DNA of 64,000 nt from Bacilli bacterium. Its GTDB lineage: Bacteria > Bacillota_I > Bacilli_A > ML615J-28 > CAG-313. Under the pieces are notes generated by a model. It did not search any database and was not told the origin of the DNA. It saw only the letters and a program-made list of their open reading frames with translations. Below are positions 16,070-27,657 of this stretch, in pieces; within the stretch, counting starts at the first letter, position 1, and every line of letters begins with the position of its first letter. The translations under genes were made by a program, and so were the position numbers. The stretch is from assembly GCA_045652765.1 (NCBI GenBank), contig JAZOLG010000051.1, positions 10,576 to 74,575 of the forward strand, given 5' to 3'.

Positions 16070-17589
16070 AAAGAGCATTAGTTAGTGTAACAAATAAAGA
16101 AAAGATTACTGAATTTTGTCAAGGCCTAGTTGATTTAGGCTTTGAAATTGTTTCAACTGGTGGAACACTTAAGAAATTAACTGATGAAGGGATTAACGCA
16201 ATTCCAATTGACGATGTTACAGGTTTTCCTGAAATGTTAGATGGAAGAGTTAAAACACTTCACCCAATGGTACATGGTGGATTATTATATCGTAGAGATT
16301 TAGAATCACATGTTGAAACAATTAAGGAACATGGTATTAAACCAATTGATTTAGTATGTGTAAATCTTTATGAATTTGAAAAAGCTCTAAGAGCTGGTAA
16401 AGAACTTCCAGATATGATTGAAAACATTGATATCGGTGGACCTTCAATGATTAGAAGTGCTGCAAAAAACTTTAAAGATGTTTTAATTGTTACTAACCCT
16501 GAAGATTATGAAAGTGTATTAGAAGCATTAAAAAATAATCAAGATGATTATAATTTCCGTTTAAATTTAGCATATAAAGCTTTCGCAAGAACAGCAGCAT
16601 ATGATTCAATTATTTCAAGATATTTTGCGGATGTATGTGGTGATCATTTCCCAGACACATTAAACATGACATTTAAAAAAGTCGAACATTTAAGATATGG
16701 TGAAAATTCACAACAACAAGCTAATAAATATGTTGATTCATATGTTGAAAAATCTTTACTTGACTATGAACAATTACATGGTAAAGAAATTTCATTCAAT
16801 AATTTGAATGATTTATATGGTGCAGTAGCATTAGTCAGAGAATTTGAAAATCAAACTGTCACTGCAGCTATTAAACATTCAACTCCATGTGGTGTAGCAA
16901 TCGCTGGAACTGGATATGATTCATATATGAAAGCATACGAAGCTGATCCACAATCTATCTTTGGTGGAATAGTAGCTTGTAATTACAAAGTTGATAAAGC
17001 AACAGCAACTGAAATGAATAAGATTTTCTTAGAAATTGTTGCTGCTCCTGATTTTGATCAAGATGCTTTAGAAGTACTTAAAAAGAAGAAAAACTTAAGA
17101 ATTTTAAAATTAAATAATTTACATGTAAAAGAAGCTAAGTATGATATTAAATATTTAGAAGGACAAGTATTGGTACAAGATATTAATCGTAAAATGATTG
17201 ATGAAATGAAAGTTGTAACTAATGCTATGCCAACAGAAGCACAACTTTCTGACATGGAATTTGGTATGAAAGTTGTTAAATATGTTAAATCAAATGCTAT
17301 ATGTATCGTTAAAAATGGCGTAACACTTGCAATAGGTGGAGGTCAAACATCAAGAATCTGGGCTTTAGAAAATGCAATTCATAATAATCCAGATAAAGAC
17401 TTTAATGGTGCGGTTTTAGCAAGTGATGCTTTCTTTCCATTTAATGACTGTGTACAAGTTGCGGCCAACGCTAACATTGCAGCAATCATTCAACCTGGCG
17501 GAAGCATCAAAGACCAAGACTCAATTGATTTATGTAATGAATTAAATATCCCAATGGTATTTACAGGATTCCGTCACTTTAGACATTAG
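16066..17589 (+). CDS. purH: Bifunctional AICAR transformylase / IMP cyclohydrolase
   Basis: STGGT, GRVKTLHP, IDIGGPSMIRSAAKN, LRYGEN, ASDAFFPF, GFRHFRH. Confidence 0.97.
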   Translation: MKRALVSVTNKEKITEFCQGLVDLGFEIVSTGGTLKKLTDEGINAIPIDDVTGFPEMLDGRVKTLHPMVHGGLLYRRDLESHVETIKEHGIKPIDLVCVNLYEFEKALRAGKELPDMIENIDIGGPSMIRSAAKNFKDVLIVTNPEDYESVLEALKNNQDDYNFRLNLAYKAFARTAAYDSIISRYFADVCGDHFPDTLNMTFKKVEHLRYGENSQQQANKYVDSYVEKSLLDYEQLHGKEISFNNLNDLYGAVALVREFENQTVTAAIKHSTPCGVAIAGTGYDSYMKAYEADPQSIFGGIVACNYKVDKATATEMNKIFLEIVAAPDFDQDALEVLKKKKNLRILKLNNLHVKEAKYDIKYLEGQVLVQDINRKMIDEMKVVTNAMPTEAQLSDMEFGMKVVKYVKSNAICIVKNGVTLAIGGGQTSRIWALENAIHNNPDKDFNGAVLASDAFFPFNDCVQVAANANIAAIIQPGGSIKDQDSIDLCNELNIPMVFTGFRHFRH

Positions 17590-17600
17590 GAGTCATATAT

Positions 17601-18854
17601 ATGAAAGTACTAATTATTGGTAGTGGTGGTAGAGAACATGCAATTTGTTATGCACTTTCAAAAAGTAAGAAAGTAAGTGAAATTCACGCAATTCCTGGTA
17701 ATCCAGGAATCGCTGAACTTGGTACTTGCCACCCTGGAAGTGTTGAAGATTTAGATGGGATTTTAAAGTTTGTCGAAGAAAATAAAATTGATATGACTAT
17801 AATTGGTCCAGAAGTTCCCCTTTGTTTAGGACTTACAGATTTATTAGAAGATCATAATCATTTAGTTTTTGGACCAAGAAAACTTGCAGCTACTTTTGAA
17901 GGTAGTAAAGCATTTTCTAAACACTTTATGAAAAAACATCATATTCCAACTGCTAATTATGAAGAAGTATCATCAATGGAAGATGCTTTAGAAAAATTAG
18001 AAAAATTTGACTATCCAGTTGTTGTAAAAGCAGATGGCCTTGCAGCTGGAAAAGGTGTTGTTATTTGTCAAACAAAAGCAGAAGCTGTACAAACTTTAGA
18101 AGATATGCTTGTTCACGGTGCTTTATCAGGCGCAGGTAAAACTGTTGTTTTAGAAGAGTTCTTGACAGGATTTGAATGTTCACTTCTATGCTTTGTTGAT
18201 GGTGAAACAATTATTCCAATGGTTTCTTCAAAAGATCATAAACAAATTTTTGACAATAATTTAGGTCCAAATACTGGAGGGATGGGTACAATTTCCCCTA
18301 ATCCTTTTATAGAAGATGGTATGGAAGAAGTCTTCAAAGAGGAAATATTAAATCCATTTATGCAAGGACTACAAAGTGAAGGAATTGATTACCGTGGTGT
18401 AATATTTATTGGTTTAATGGTTAAAGATAATCACGCTAAAGTTTTAGAATTTAATGTACGTTTCGGTGATCCTGAAACTCAAGTTATTCTGCTTAGATTA
18501 GAAAGTGATTTATATGACATAATGTATGCAACCGCAACTAAAACGTTAAAAGATGTTCAAGTTAAATGGAAAAAAGAACATGCTGGTTGTGTTGTTTTAG
18601 CAAGTGGAGGATATCCTAATGCTTATGAAAAAGGTAAAAAAATTACTGGAATAGACAAACTATCTAGTGAAATTATTATCTTCCATGCTGGAACGAAACT
18701 TGTAAATAATGAATTATTAACTAATGGAGGAAGAGTATTAAATGTATGTGCTCTTGGAAATTCATTAGAAGATATTAGAAATAAAATTTATCAAGAAATT
18801 GATAAAATAGAATTTGAAAAAAAATATTATCGTAAAGATATTGGAATAAACTAG
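17601..18854 (+). CDS. purD: Phosphoribosylamine-glycine ligase
   Basis: GSGGREHA, KADGLAAGKGV, GPNTGGMG, EFNVRFGDPE. Confidence 0.97.
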   Translation: MKVLIIGSGGREHAICYALSKSKKVSEIHAIPGNPGIAELGTCHPGSVEDLDGILKFVEENKIDMTIIGPEVPLCLGLTDLLEDHNHLVFGPRKLAATFEGSKAFSKHFMKKHHIPTANYEEVSSMEDALEKLEKFDYPVVVKADGLAAGKGVVICQTKAEAVQTLEDMLVHGALSGAGKTVVLEEFLTGFECSLLCFVDGETIIPMVSSKDHKQIFDNNLGPNTGGMGTISPNPFIEDGMEEVFKEEILNPFMQGLQSEGIDYRGVIFIGLMVKDNHAKVLEFNVRFGDPETQVILLRLESDLYDIMYATATKTLKDVQVKWKKEHAGCVVLASGGYPNAYEKGKKITGIDKLSSEIIIFHAGTKLVNNELLTNGGRVLNVCALGNSLEDIRNKIYQEIDKIEFEKKYYRKDIGIN

Positions 18855-18862
18855 GAGGTAAT

Positions 18863-21800
18863 ATGGCTAAAGTACATCGAATTTATGTAGAGAAAAGAAT
18901 GGAGTTTGCCGTTGAATCAGTAGAACTTTTACACAATTTAACTCATCAATTAAAGATTAAATCAATTGAAAAAATAAAAGTTGTAAATCGATATGATGTT
19001 CAAGGTGTTAGTGATGATGTTTTAAAAGAAGGTGTATCGATTATTTTAAGTGAACCAATGGTCGATGACGTTGTTATTGAAGACTATCCATTTGAACAAT
19101 TTGATGTAGTGTTTGGCATAGAGTACTTACCAGGTCAATATGATCAAAGAGCTGATGCATGCGAACAATGTTTTCAACTTTTAACTGGTGAAAAAAATGT
19201 TCGTGTTAAATGTGCTAAAATTATTGCGATAAGTGGAAAATTATCAGAAAATGAAATTGAAAGAATAAAAAAATATTTAATCAATCCAGTAGACCAAAGA
19301 TTAGCCAGTCTTGACAAAATTACAGATTTAAGTGATGAAGAAGTTGAAATTCAACAAGTACCAGTAATTAAAGGTTTTATTGACTTTTCTAAAGAAGAAT
19401 TGATTCATTACTTAAAAGTAAATGGAATGGCGATGAATTACGATGATTTGAAAGTTACTCAAGATTACTTTAAAAATGAAGAACATCGTGATCCAACTGA
19501 AACAGAACTAAAAGTTTTAGACACTTATTGGTCTGACCATTGTCGCCATACAACTTTTTCGACAATTATTACTGATTTAAAAATTGATGAAGGTTCATTT
19601 AAAGAAATTCTTGTAAAAGATATTAATGATTATAAAACATCAAGACATATGGTATATGGATTTGAAACAAAAAGACCTATTACTTTAATGGATCTTGCGA
19701 CTATTTCAATGAAGGAACTTCGTAAAAATGGATATTTAGATGATTTAGAAGTTTCTGAAGAAATTAATGCATGCTCTATTGAGATTAAAATAAAAACACC
19801 ACATGGTGATGAAGATTGGTTATTGATGTTTAAAAATGAAACACACAATCACCCAACTGAAATTGGACCATTTGGTGGTGCTGCAACTTGTTTAGGTGGT
19901 GCCATTCGTGACCCATTGTCAGGTCGTGCATATGTTTATCAATCAATGCGTATAACAGGTGCCGGAGATCCTAGACAAAAATTAGAAGATACTTTAAAAG
20001 GTAAACTTCCACAAAGAAAAATATGTAAAGAAGCTGCTCATGGATTCTCAAGCTATGGTAATCAAATCGGTTTAACAACAGGATATGTACATGAGTTGTA
20101 TCATCCAGGGTATGTAGCAAAAAGAATGGAAATTGGGGCAGTAGTTGCTGCTGCACCAAAGGAACAAGTTAAAAGACTTGAACCATTAAAAGATCAAATA
20201 GTATTATTAATTGGTGGTAGAACTGGACGTGACGGAATTGGTGGCGCAACAGGTTCATCAAAATCTCATGAATTAAAAACTACAACAACAGCAGGTGCTG
20301 AAGTACAAAAAGGTAATCCAATTGAAGAACGTAAAATCCAAAGACTATTTAGAAACAAGGAAGTATCAGAAAAGATTATACGTTGTAATGATTTTGGTGC
20401 AGGCGGTGTTTGTGTTGCAGTTGGTGAACTTGCACCTGGACTTACAATTGATCTTGACAAAGTACTAAAAAAATATGAAGGTTTAAATGGTACTGAACTT
20501 GCGATTTCCGAATCGCAAGAAAGAATGGCTATTGTTATAGCTAAAGAAAATGAAGAAATTATTAAAAAGGCGTGTTATAAAGAAAATTTAGAAGTTGTTA
20601 ATATTGCAACTGTAACAGATAATAACCGTCTTGTAATGACATATAAAAATCAAACAATTGTTAATATTGATCGTGCATTCCTCGATAAGAATGGAGCATC
20701 AAGAATACAAAATGTTGAGATTAAATTACCAGATTTTAATAGCACACCATTTGATGCAAAAGAATATGAATCATTTGCATGTGCGACAAATGAAGTGTTA
20801 AGTCGTTTATCTGTATGTAGTCAAAAAGGTTTAGTAGAAATGTTTGACTCATCAATTGGAAATGGGACTGTATTATCACCATATGGTGGTAAAACATTAA
20901 GAACAGAAACAGAAGGAATGGCGGCTTTAATTCCAACACTTGGATATGATACAACAACATGTTCAGTAATGAGCTATGGATTTAATCCAAACATTTCTAG
21001 TTGGTCACCATATCATGGCGCAGTTTATGCGATTGTTGAGTCAATATCAAAAATTGTTTCAATGGGAGGAGATTATAAAACAATTCGTTTTTCCTTCCAA
21101 GAATATTTTGAAAAATTACTAGATAATCCAACAAAGTGGGGTAAACCTTTTGCGGCTTTACTTGGTGCATATCGTGTCCAAAAAGAATTAAATTTACCTT
21201 CAATTGGTGGTAAAGATTCAATGTCTGGATCATTTGAAGATTTAGATGTTCCACCAACACTTGTTTCTTTTGCAATCACATCAGCAGATGTTTCAGATAT
21301 TGTTACACCTGAGTTAAAAGAAAATGGACATGTTCTAGTTGAAGTAACTTTAGAAAAAGATAATTATCATTTATTCAACTTTAACCATCTTCAAAAACAA
21401 TATGATGCAGTACAAAAGTTGATTAAAGATAAAAAAGTATTTAGTGCTTATACTGTTAAAGATGGCGGTGTATTAGAAGCTGTTTATAAAATGGCTTTTG
21501 GTAATAACATTGGTGTTAATTTGAATGAAAACTTGTTTTTAGCATCTTTAACTAATCGAGATTATGGTAATATTATTTTAGAATTAGCTGATGAGTCAAA
21601 ATTAGAAAATTTAAATTATCGAGTAATTGGTTATACTAATAATTCAAATACTATTACATATAAGGATGAATCAGTTTTACTAGAAGATGCTTACAAAATA
21701 AATGCAAGTGTTTTAGAAGATGTATATCCAACAAGTGAGGTTGCACCGACAACTGATTTACAAGTTGGTAATTATAATAAGCGCAGTACTTTAAAAGCAA

Positions 21801-22618
21801 AAGTATTATATGACGAAGTTAATGTAGTAATCCCAGTGTTCCCAGGAACTAACTGTGAATATGATTCCAAACGAGCATTTGAAAAAGCTGGTGCTAAAGT
21901 TGAATTAGTTGTTATTCGTAACAAAACTGAACAAGATATTCAAGATTCTATTCATGATTTAGAAAAAGCAATTAGAAAAGCTCAAATCATGATGCTTCCA
22001 GGTGGATTTAGTGCTGGTGATGAACCAGAAGGATCAGGTAAATTTATTGCAACATTCTTAAGAAACGAAGTGCTTAAATCAGCAATAACTGATTTACTTG
22101 AAAATAGAGATGGTTTAATGATTGGTATTTGTAATGGATTCCAAGCATTAATTAAACTTGGCTTATTACCTTATGGTAAGATTATGCCACTAACAGATAA
22201 AGACGCAACATTAACTTTTAATACAATTGGTCGACATGTATCACAAATGGTTAATACTAGAATTGCAAGTGTAAATTCTCCTTGGCTTTCAAAAGTAGAA
22301 GTTGGAGATATTCATACTATTCCTGTAAGCCATGGTGAGGGTAGATTTGTTGCACCAAAAGATGTATTAGATGATTTATTCAACAATGGACAAGTATTTA
22401 CACAATACGTAGATGAAAATAATGAACCTACAATGTTGTCGCCATTTAATCCAAATGGATCAATGATGGCAATTGAAGGTATTGTATCAAAAGATGGGCG
22501 TGTTTTAGGTAAAATGGGTCACAGTGAGCGTCAAGGTGACAATAGATTTATTAACATTTATGGTGAAATGGATCAACTTTTATTTGAAGCAGGCGTGAAT
22601 TATTTTAAGAAAAAATAA
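18863..22618 (+). CDS. purL: FGAM synthase, large single-chain form with C-terminal glutaminase domain
   Basis: YWSDHCRH, ETHNHP, DFGAGG, SESQERM; glutaminase motifs PGGFSAGD, GICNGFQ, MGHSER intact. Confidence 0.96.
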   Translation: MAKVHRIYVEKRMEFAVESVELLHNLTHQLKIKSIEKIKVVNRYDVQGVSDDVLKEGVSIILSEPMVDDVVIEDYPFEQFDVVFGIEYLPGQYDQRADACEQCFQLLTGEKNVRVKCAKIIAISGKLSENEIERIKKYLINPVDQRLASLDKITDLSDEEVEIQQVPVIKGFIDFSKEELIHYLKVNGMAMNYDDLKVTQDYFKNEEHRDPTETELKVLDTYWSDHCRHTTFSTIITDLKIDEGSFKEILVKDINDYKTSRHMVYGFETKRPITLMDLATISMKELRKNGYLDDLEVSEEINACSIEIKIKTPHGDEDWLLMFKNETHNHPTEIGPFGGAATCLGGAIRDPLSGRAYVYQSMRITGAGDPRQKLEDTLKGKLPQRKICKEAAHGFSSYGNQIGLTTGYVHELYHPGYVAKRMEIGAVVAAAPKEQVKRLEPLKDQIVLLIGGRTGRDGIGGATGSSKSHELKTTTTAGAEVQKGNPIEERKIQRLFRNKEVSEKIIRCNDFGAGGVCVAVGELAPGLTIDLDKVLKKYEGLNGTELAISESQERMAIVIAKENEEIIKKACYKENLEVVNIATVTDNNRLVMTYKNQTIVNIDRAFLDKNGASRIQNVEIKLPDFNSTPFDAKEYESFACATNEVLSRLSVCSQKGLVEMFDSSIGNGTVLSPYGGKTLRTETEGMAALIPTLGYDTTTCSVMSYGFNPNISSWSPYHGAVYAIVESISKIVSMGGDYKTIRFSFQEYFEKLLDNPTKWGKPFAALLGAYRVQKELNLPSIGGKDSMSGSFEDLDVPPTLVSFAITSADVSDIVTPELKENGHVLVEVTLEKDNYHLFNFNHLQKQYDAVQKLIKDKKVFSAYTVKDGGVLEAVYKMAFGNNIGVNLNENLFLASLTNRDYGNIILELADESKLENLNYRVIGYTNNSNTITYKDESVLLEDAYKINASVLEDVYPTSEVAPTTDLQVGNYNKRSTLKAKVLYDEVNVVIPVFPGTNCEYDSKRAFEKAGAKVELVVIRNKTEQDIQDSIHDLEKAIRKAQIMMLPGGFSAGDEPEGSGKFIATFLRNEVLKSAITDLLENRDGLMIGICNGFQALIKLGLLPYGKIMPLTDKDATLTFNTIGRHVSQMVNTRIASVNSPWLSKVEVGDIHTIPVSHGEGRFVAPKDVLDDLFNNGQVFTQYVDENNEPTMLSPFNPNGSMMAIEGIVSKDGRVLGKMGHSERQGDNRFINIYGEMDQLLFEAGVNYFKKK

Positions 22619-22632
22619 TAAGAGGTAATTAT

Positions 22633-24042
22633 ATGGGCGGTTTTTTTGGAATTGCATCTAAATCAGATTGCATAATGAATTTGTTTTTTGGTGTTGATTA
22701 TCATTCTCATTTAGGTACTAAAAAAGGCGGTTTAGCTGTATATGGCGAAGAAGGATTTAAAAGATCTATTCATAACATTCAAAATTCACCATTTAGAACT
22801 AAATTCGAAAATGATATTAATGAATTACATGGTAATATTGGTATTGGTTGCATTTCAGATTATGAAGCTCAACCATTACTTGTTAATTCACCTTTAGGTT
22901 CTTACGCAATTACAACAGTTGGAAAAATTAATAATATTGAAGAACTTCGTGATGAGTGTTTTAAAAATGGTAAGATTCAATTTCTTGAAATGAATAAAGG
23001 TGAAATTAATCCAACTGAACTGATAGCGACTTTGATTTGTCAACAACCAACTATTGTTGATGGAATTAAATATGCACAAGAAAAAATCAAAGGTTCAATG
23101 AGCATTTTATTAATGTTTCCAGATAAGATTTATGCAGCTCGTGATAAATATGGCAGAACACCAATCATTATTGGTAAAACTAAAAATGCTATTTGTGCAA
23201 CTTTTGAAAGTTTTGCTTTTCAAAATTTAGGTTTTAAATTTTATAAAGAATTAGGCCCAGGTGAAATCGTATCGTTTAATGCATCAGATGTAATTGTTGA
23301 AAAAGAACAAAATGATAACTTGAAAATTTGTTCATTCTTATGGACATATTATGGTTATGCTACATCAACTTATGAAGGAATTAATGTAGAAGAGATGCGT
23401 TACCGTTGTGGTAAATTATTAAAACAAAATGATTCAGTTGAGGCAGATGCTGTAACTGGTGTTCCAGACTCTGGTATTGCCCACGCAATTGGATATGCAA
23501 ATGAGGCCCATATTCCGTATATAAGACCATTAATTAAATATACTCCAACATGGCCACGTTCATTTACGCCAACTAATCAAGCTCAAAGAAACTTAATTGC
23601 TAAGATGAAGTTAATTGCAATACCTGAGCTTATTAAAAATAAAAAATTAGTAATTATTGATGATTCAATTGTTCGCGGAACTCAATTAAAAGAAACGGCA
23701 AATTATTTATATGGAGAAGGTGTTAAAGAAGTGCATGTAAGACCGGCATGTCCACCAATCTTTTATTCATGTAAGTATTTAAACTTTGCTAGAACAACAT
23801 CAGAAATGGATTTAATAACTAGAAAAGTAATTGCAGAAATCGAAGGTATTGAACAAGTTAACAATGAATTAGTACAAAAATATTTAGATCCTCAATCAGA
23901 AAATTATAAATTAATGATTGAAGGAATTAGAAAGAAAATGAAATTTGATTCGCTAATGTATCATAATATAAATGATTTAGTTGAATCAATTGGTTTAGAT
24001 GCATGTAAATTATGCACGTACTGTTTTAATGGAAAAGAATAA
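22633..24042 (+). CDS. purF: Amidophosphoribosyltransferase, variant without N-terminal Cys
   Basis: PRPP motif IIDDSIVRGT, VPDSG, Fe-S cysteines (CSF, CPP..YSC, CTYCF); N-terminus MGGFFG. Confidence 0.93.
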   Translation: MGGFFGIASKSDCIMNLFFGVDYHSHLGTKKGGLAVYGEEGFKRSIHNIQNSPFRTKFENDINELHGNIGIGCISDYEAQPLLVNSPLGSYAITTVGKINNIEELRDECFKNGKIQFLEMNKGEINPTELIATLICQQPTIVDGIKYAQEKIKGSMSILLMFPDKIYAARDKYGRTPIIIGKTKNAICATFESFAFQNLGFKFYKELGPGEIVSFNASDVIVEKEQNDNLKICSFLWTYYGYATSTYEGINVEEMRYRCGKLLKQNDSVEADAVTGVPDSGIAHAIGYANEAHIPYIRPLIKYTPTWPRSFTPTNQAQRNLIAKMKLIAIPELIKNKKLVIIDDSIVRGTQLKETANYLYGEGVKEVHVRPACPPIFYSCKYLNFARTTSEMDLITRKVIAEIEGIEQVNNELVQKYLDPQSENYKLMIEGIRKKMKFDSLMYHNINDLVESIGLDACKLCTYCFNGKE

Positions 24043-24054
24043 AGGAGAAAAAAT

Positions 24055-25554
24055 ATGGCATTTTATTTTAAAGAACCGTCTAGAACTTTTAGTGAATATT
24101 TGTTAGTACCTGGTTATTCAGATTCTAATTGTCAACCTAAAAATGTTTGTTTAAAAACACCACTAGTGAAATTTAAGAAAAATGAACAACCAACAATATC
24201 TTTGAATATTCCAATGGCTTCAGCCATAATGCAGTCTGTATCTAATGATACTTTAGCAATTGCTCTTGCTAAAGAAGGTGGTATATCTTTTATTTATGGA
24301 TCACAAAGTATTGAAGACCAAGCGGAAATGGTTAGAAAAGTAAAATCGCATAAAGCTGGATTTGTTGTATCAAATTCAAATCTTACTCCAGATAATACGC
24401 TTGGGGATATTGTAAATCTAAAAGAAAAAACAGGCCATTCAACAGTTGCTGTAACTGATGATGGCACTTGTCATGGTAAATTATTAGGAATTGTTACTAG
24501 TCGTGATTACCGCGTTTCAAGAATGAGTCTTGATGTAAAAGTTAAAGAATTTATGACACCACTTGAAAAATTAGTTACGGCAAAAGTTGGAATTACTCTA
24601 ACTGAAGCAAATGACATCATTTGGGATCAAAAATTAAATTCTTTACCAATATTAGATGAAAAAGGACATTTAGATTCATTTGTATTTAGAAAAGATTATG
24701 AGTCAAATAAAGAAAATCCTAATGAATTATTAGACGATAAAAAACGTTTAATAGTTGGTGCTGGTATTAATACTAGAGATTATAAAGAAAGAGTACCTGC
24801 TTTAGTAAATGCTGGGGTTGATGTAATTTGTATAGATTCATCAGAAGGCTTTAGCGAATGGCAAAAGTTAACTTTAGAATGGATTAGAAGTCAATATGGT
24901 GATAAAGTTAAAGTTGGTGCTGGTAATGTAGTTGATGCAGAAGGATTTAGATTCTTAGCAGATTGTGGTGCTGATTTTATTAAAGTTGGAATTGGCGGTG
25001 GATCAATTTGTATTACAAGAGAAACTAAAGGAATTGGTCGTGGTCAAGCAACAGCAACAATCGAAGTTGCTAAAGCAAGAGATGAGTATTTCGAAGAAAC
25101 TGGTATATACATACCTATTTGTTCGGATGGCGGTATTGTTCATGATTACCATATTACATTAGCTTTAGCTATGGGTGCTGATTTTGTAATGCTAGGAAGA
25201 TATTTTTCTCGTTTTGATGAATCCCCAACAAATAAAATTATAATCAATGGACAATATGTAAAAGAATATTGGGGCGAAGGTAGCGCTCGTGCAAGAAATT
25301 GGCAAAGATATGATTTAGGTGGAGATAAGAAACTTTCTTTTGAAGAAGGTGTTGACTCATACGTTCCATATGCTGGACCTTTAAAAGATAATGTGGCAAT
25401 TTCTCTTGCAAAAGTAAAATCAACAATGTGTAATTGTGGTGCTCTTACTATTAATGAATTACAACAAAAAGCTAAGCTTACAGTTGTATCTTCAACAAGT
25501 ATTGTTGAAGGAGGAGCACATGATGTTATTCTAAAAGATAAATCTAATTCATAA
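24055..25554 (+). CDS. guaB: IMP dehydrogenase
   Basis: [28 protein letters not shown]; CBS pair. Confidence 0.96.
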   Translation: MAFYFKEPSRTFSEYLLVPGYSDSNCQPKNVCLKTPLVKFKKNEQPTISLNIPMASAIMQSVSNDTLAIALAKEGGISFIYGSQSIEDQAEMVRKVKSHKAGFVVSNSNLTPDNTLGDIVNLKEKTGHSTVAVTDDGTCHGKLLGIVTSRDYRVSRMSLDVKVKEFMTPLEKLVTAKVGITLTEANDIIWDQKLNSLPILDEKGHLDSFVFRKDYESNKENPNELLDDKKRLIVGAGINTRDYKERVPALVNAGVDVICIDSSEGFSEWQKLTLEWIRSQYGDKVKVGAGNVVDAEGFRFLADCGADFIKVGIGGGSICITRETKGIGRGQATATIEVAKARDEYFEETGIYIPICSDGGIVHDYHITLALAMGADFVMLGRYFSRFDESPTNKIIINGQYVKEYWGEGSARARNWQRYDLGGDKKLSFEEGVDSYVPYAGPLKDNVAISLAKVKSTMCNCGALTINELQQKAKLTVVSSTSIVEGGAHDVILKDKSNS

Positions 25555-25565
25555 GAGGTAACTTT

Positions 25566-27647
25566 ATGGATATGAAAAAAATTATAGAAAATTTTGGTTG
25601 TTATACTTTCAATGATGAAGTAATGAAAGAAAGACTACCTAAAGAAACATATGAAGAATTTAAAAAATCTTTGAGTGCATCAGAACCTTTATCTAAAAAA
25701 TGTGCAGATGTAATTGCTGAAAAAATGAAAGAATGGGCAATTGAAAAAGGTGCAACACACTTTACACACTGGTTCGCACCTCTTACAGGTCTTACAGCCG
25801 AAAAACACGATTCTTTCTTAGAATTAAGTGATGATCAAGCTTATTTATCGTTTACTGGTAAGCTTTTAAGAAAAGGTGAAACAGATGCTTCAAGCTTCCC
25901 ATCTGGTGGGCTTCGTGCTACTTTTGAAGCAAGAGGTTATACAGCATGGGATTGCACATCACATGCATTTGTTAAAGATGGATCACTTTATATTCCAACA
26001 TTATTTTGTGCATACACTGGTGAGGCTTTAGATAATAAAACACCTTTATTAAAATCATGTGATGCTTTAAATAAAGAGGCCGTTCGTTTATTTAATTTAT
26101 TAGGTATGAAAGAAATTACGAAAGTTGAATCATATGTTGGTAGTGAACAAGAATATTTCTTAGTGCCTGAAGAATATTTTGAAAAACGTTTAGATTTAAA
26201 ATTAACAGGCCGTACTCTTTTTGGTGCTAATCCACCAAAAGGTCAAGACTTAGAAGGTCATTACTACGGATATTTAAACAATAAAGTTGCCAATTTTATG
26301 AAAGATTTAGATGCTGAGCTTTGGAAGTATGGAATCCCTGCCAAAACAAAGCATAATGAAGCTGCACCTGCACAACATGAAATTGCTTGTATTTATCGTA
26401 AAGTAAATATTACTACAGATAACAATCATTTATTAATGCAATTAATGCAAGACATTGCGAAAAAATATGGTTTAAAATGTTTATTACACGAAAAACCTTT
26501 TGCCGGAGTAAATGGTTCTGGTAAACATAACAACTGGTCAGTTGTTACAAACACTAAACTTAATTTATTTACACCAGGTAGCGATCCAGTAAATAATGAA
26601 CCATTTATTGTAACATTAGCTTGTTTAGTTAAAGCAGTTGATAAATATGCGGATTTATTAAGATTAAGTATTGCTACTCCAGGAAATGATCATCGTTTAG
26701 GTGGAAATGAAGCACCACCTGCTACAATTTCAATGTTCTTAGGTGATCCAATTAATCAAGTAATTGATGCATATTTAAATGATTTAAAAATTAAAGAACA
26801 AGATGCAAAACGATTCCAAACAGGTGTATCAGTTATTCCTGATTTTAAAAAGGATAGTACAGATCGTAATCGTACATCACCTTTCGCATTTACTGGTAAT
26901 AAGTTTGAGTTTAGAGGTGTTGGTTCATCTCAATCAATTGCTATTGCTAATACAATGTTAAATACTATTTTGGCTTATTCTATGAAAGAAATGGCTGATG
27001 AAATAGAAAAAGGGAAAAATAAAACTGAAATTATTAAAGAATACTTTAAAAAACACCGACGTGTAATTTTTGAAGGTGATGGTTATTCTAACGAATGGGA
27101 TAATGAAATTAAAAATCGTCAACTTTCTAATAGAAAAAATACTGTTGAGGCAATTGAAGTTTTAAAAGATACAGAATTAATCAAACCTTTAGTTGAACTT
27201 GGTATTTTAACTAATAATGAAGTTGAGTCTCGTTATGAAATTATGTTAGATAGTTATTGTAAAACAGTTCAAGTTGAAGCAGCAACTGCATTGAAGATGG
27301 CTAAAAATCAAATTTTTCCAGCATGCTTAGATTATTTGAATCAAGTAGCTTTAGTAGCTTTAAATGTTGGTAAGAATAACATTGAAAATAATTACTTAAC
27401 TAATGAAGTTAAAGAATTATCTAAATTAGTTGAAACAATGCAACAAGCGATTAAAGTCTTAGATGCTTCACTTGCAAAAACATTAACTATAAAAGAAAAT
27501 ATATATGAGAAAGCTCAAGTCTTAAAAAATGAAGTACTTGAGGCGATGAAAAATTTAAGAATAATAGTTGATACTTTAGAAATTAAAGTTGATAGTAAAT
27601 ATTGGCCGATGCCAACTTATACTGAAATATTGTTCGGTGTAAATTAG
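25566..27647 (+). CDS. glnA: Glutamine synthetase type III
   Basis: [62 protein letters not shown]. Confidence 0.95.
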   Translation: MDMKKIIENFGCYTFNDEVMKERLPKETYEEFKKSLSASEPLSKKCADVIAEKMKEWAIEKGATHFTHWFAPLTGLTAEKHDSFLELSDDQAYLSFTGKLLRKGETDASSFPSGGLRATFEARGYTAWDCTSHAFVKDGSLYIPTLFCAYTGEALDNKTPLLKSCDALNKEAVRLFNLLGMKEITKVESYVGSEQEYFLVPEEYFEKRLDLKLTGRTLFGANPPKGQDLEGHYYGYLNNKVANFMKDLDAELWKYGIPAKTKHNEAAPAQHEIACIYRKVNITTDNNHLLMQLMQDIAKKYGLKCLLHEKPFAGVNGSGKHNNWSVVTNTKLNLFTPGSDPVNNEPFIVTLACLVKAVDKYADLLRLSIATPGNDHRLGGNEAPPATISMFLGDPINQVIDAYLNDLKIKEQDAKRFQTGVSVIPDFKKDSTDRNRTSPFAFTGNKFEFRGVGSSQSIAIANTMLNTILAYSMKEMADEIEKGKNKTEIIKEYFKKHRRVIFEGDGYSNEWDNEIKNRQLSNRKNTVEAIEVLKDTELIKPLVELGILTNNEVESRYEIMLDSYCKTVQVEAATALKMAKNQIFPACLDYLNQVALVALNVGKNNIENNYLTNEVKELSKLVETMQQAIKVLDASLAKTLTIKENIYEKAQVLKNEVLEAMKNLRIIVDTLEIKVDSKYWPMPTYTEILFGVN

Positions 27648-27657
27648 AGGAGGAAAT

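Noticed and set aside
22600-22660. Mis-called purF start hiding a propeptide and catalytic Cys
   Set aside because: The purL stop is 14 bp upstream, GAGGT precedes ATG 22633, and MGGFFG occupies the position of the CGxxG motif.
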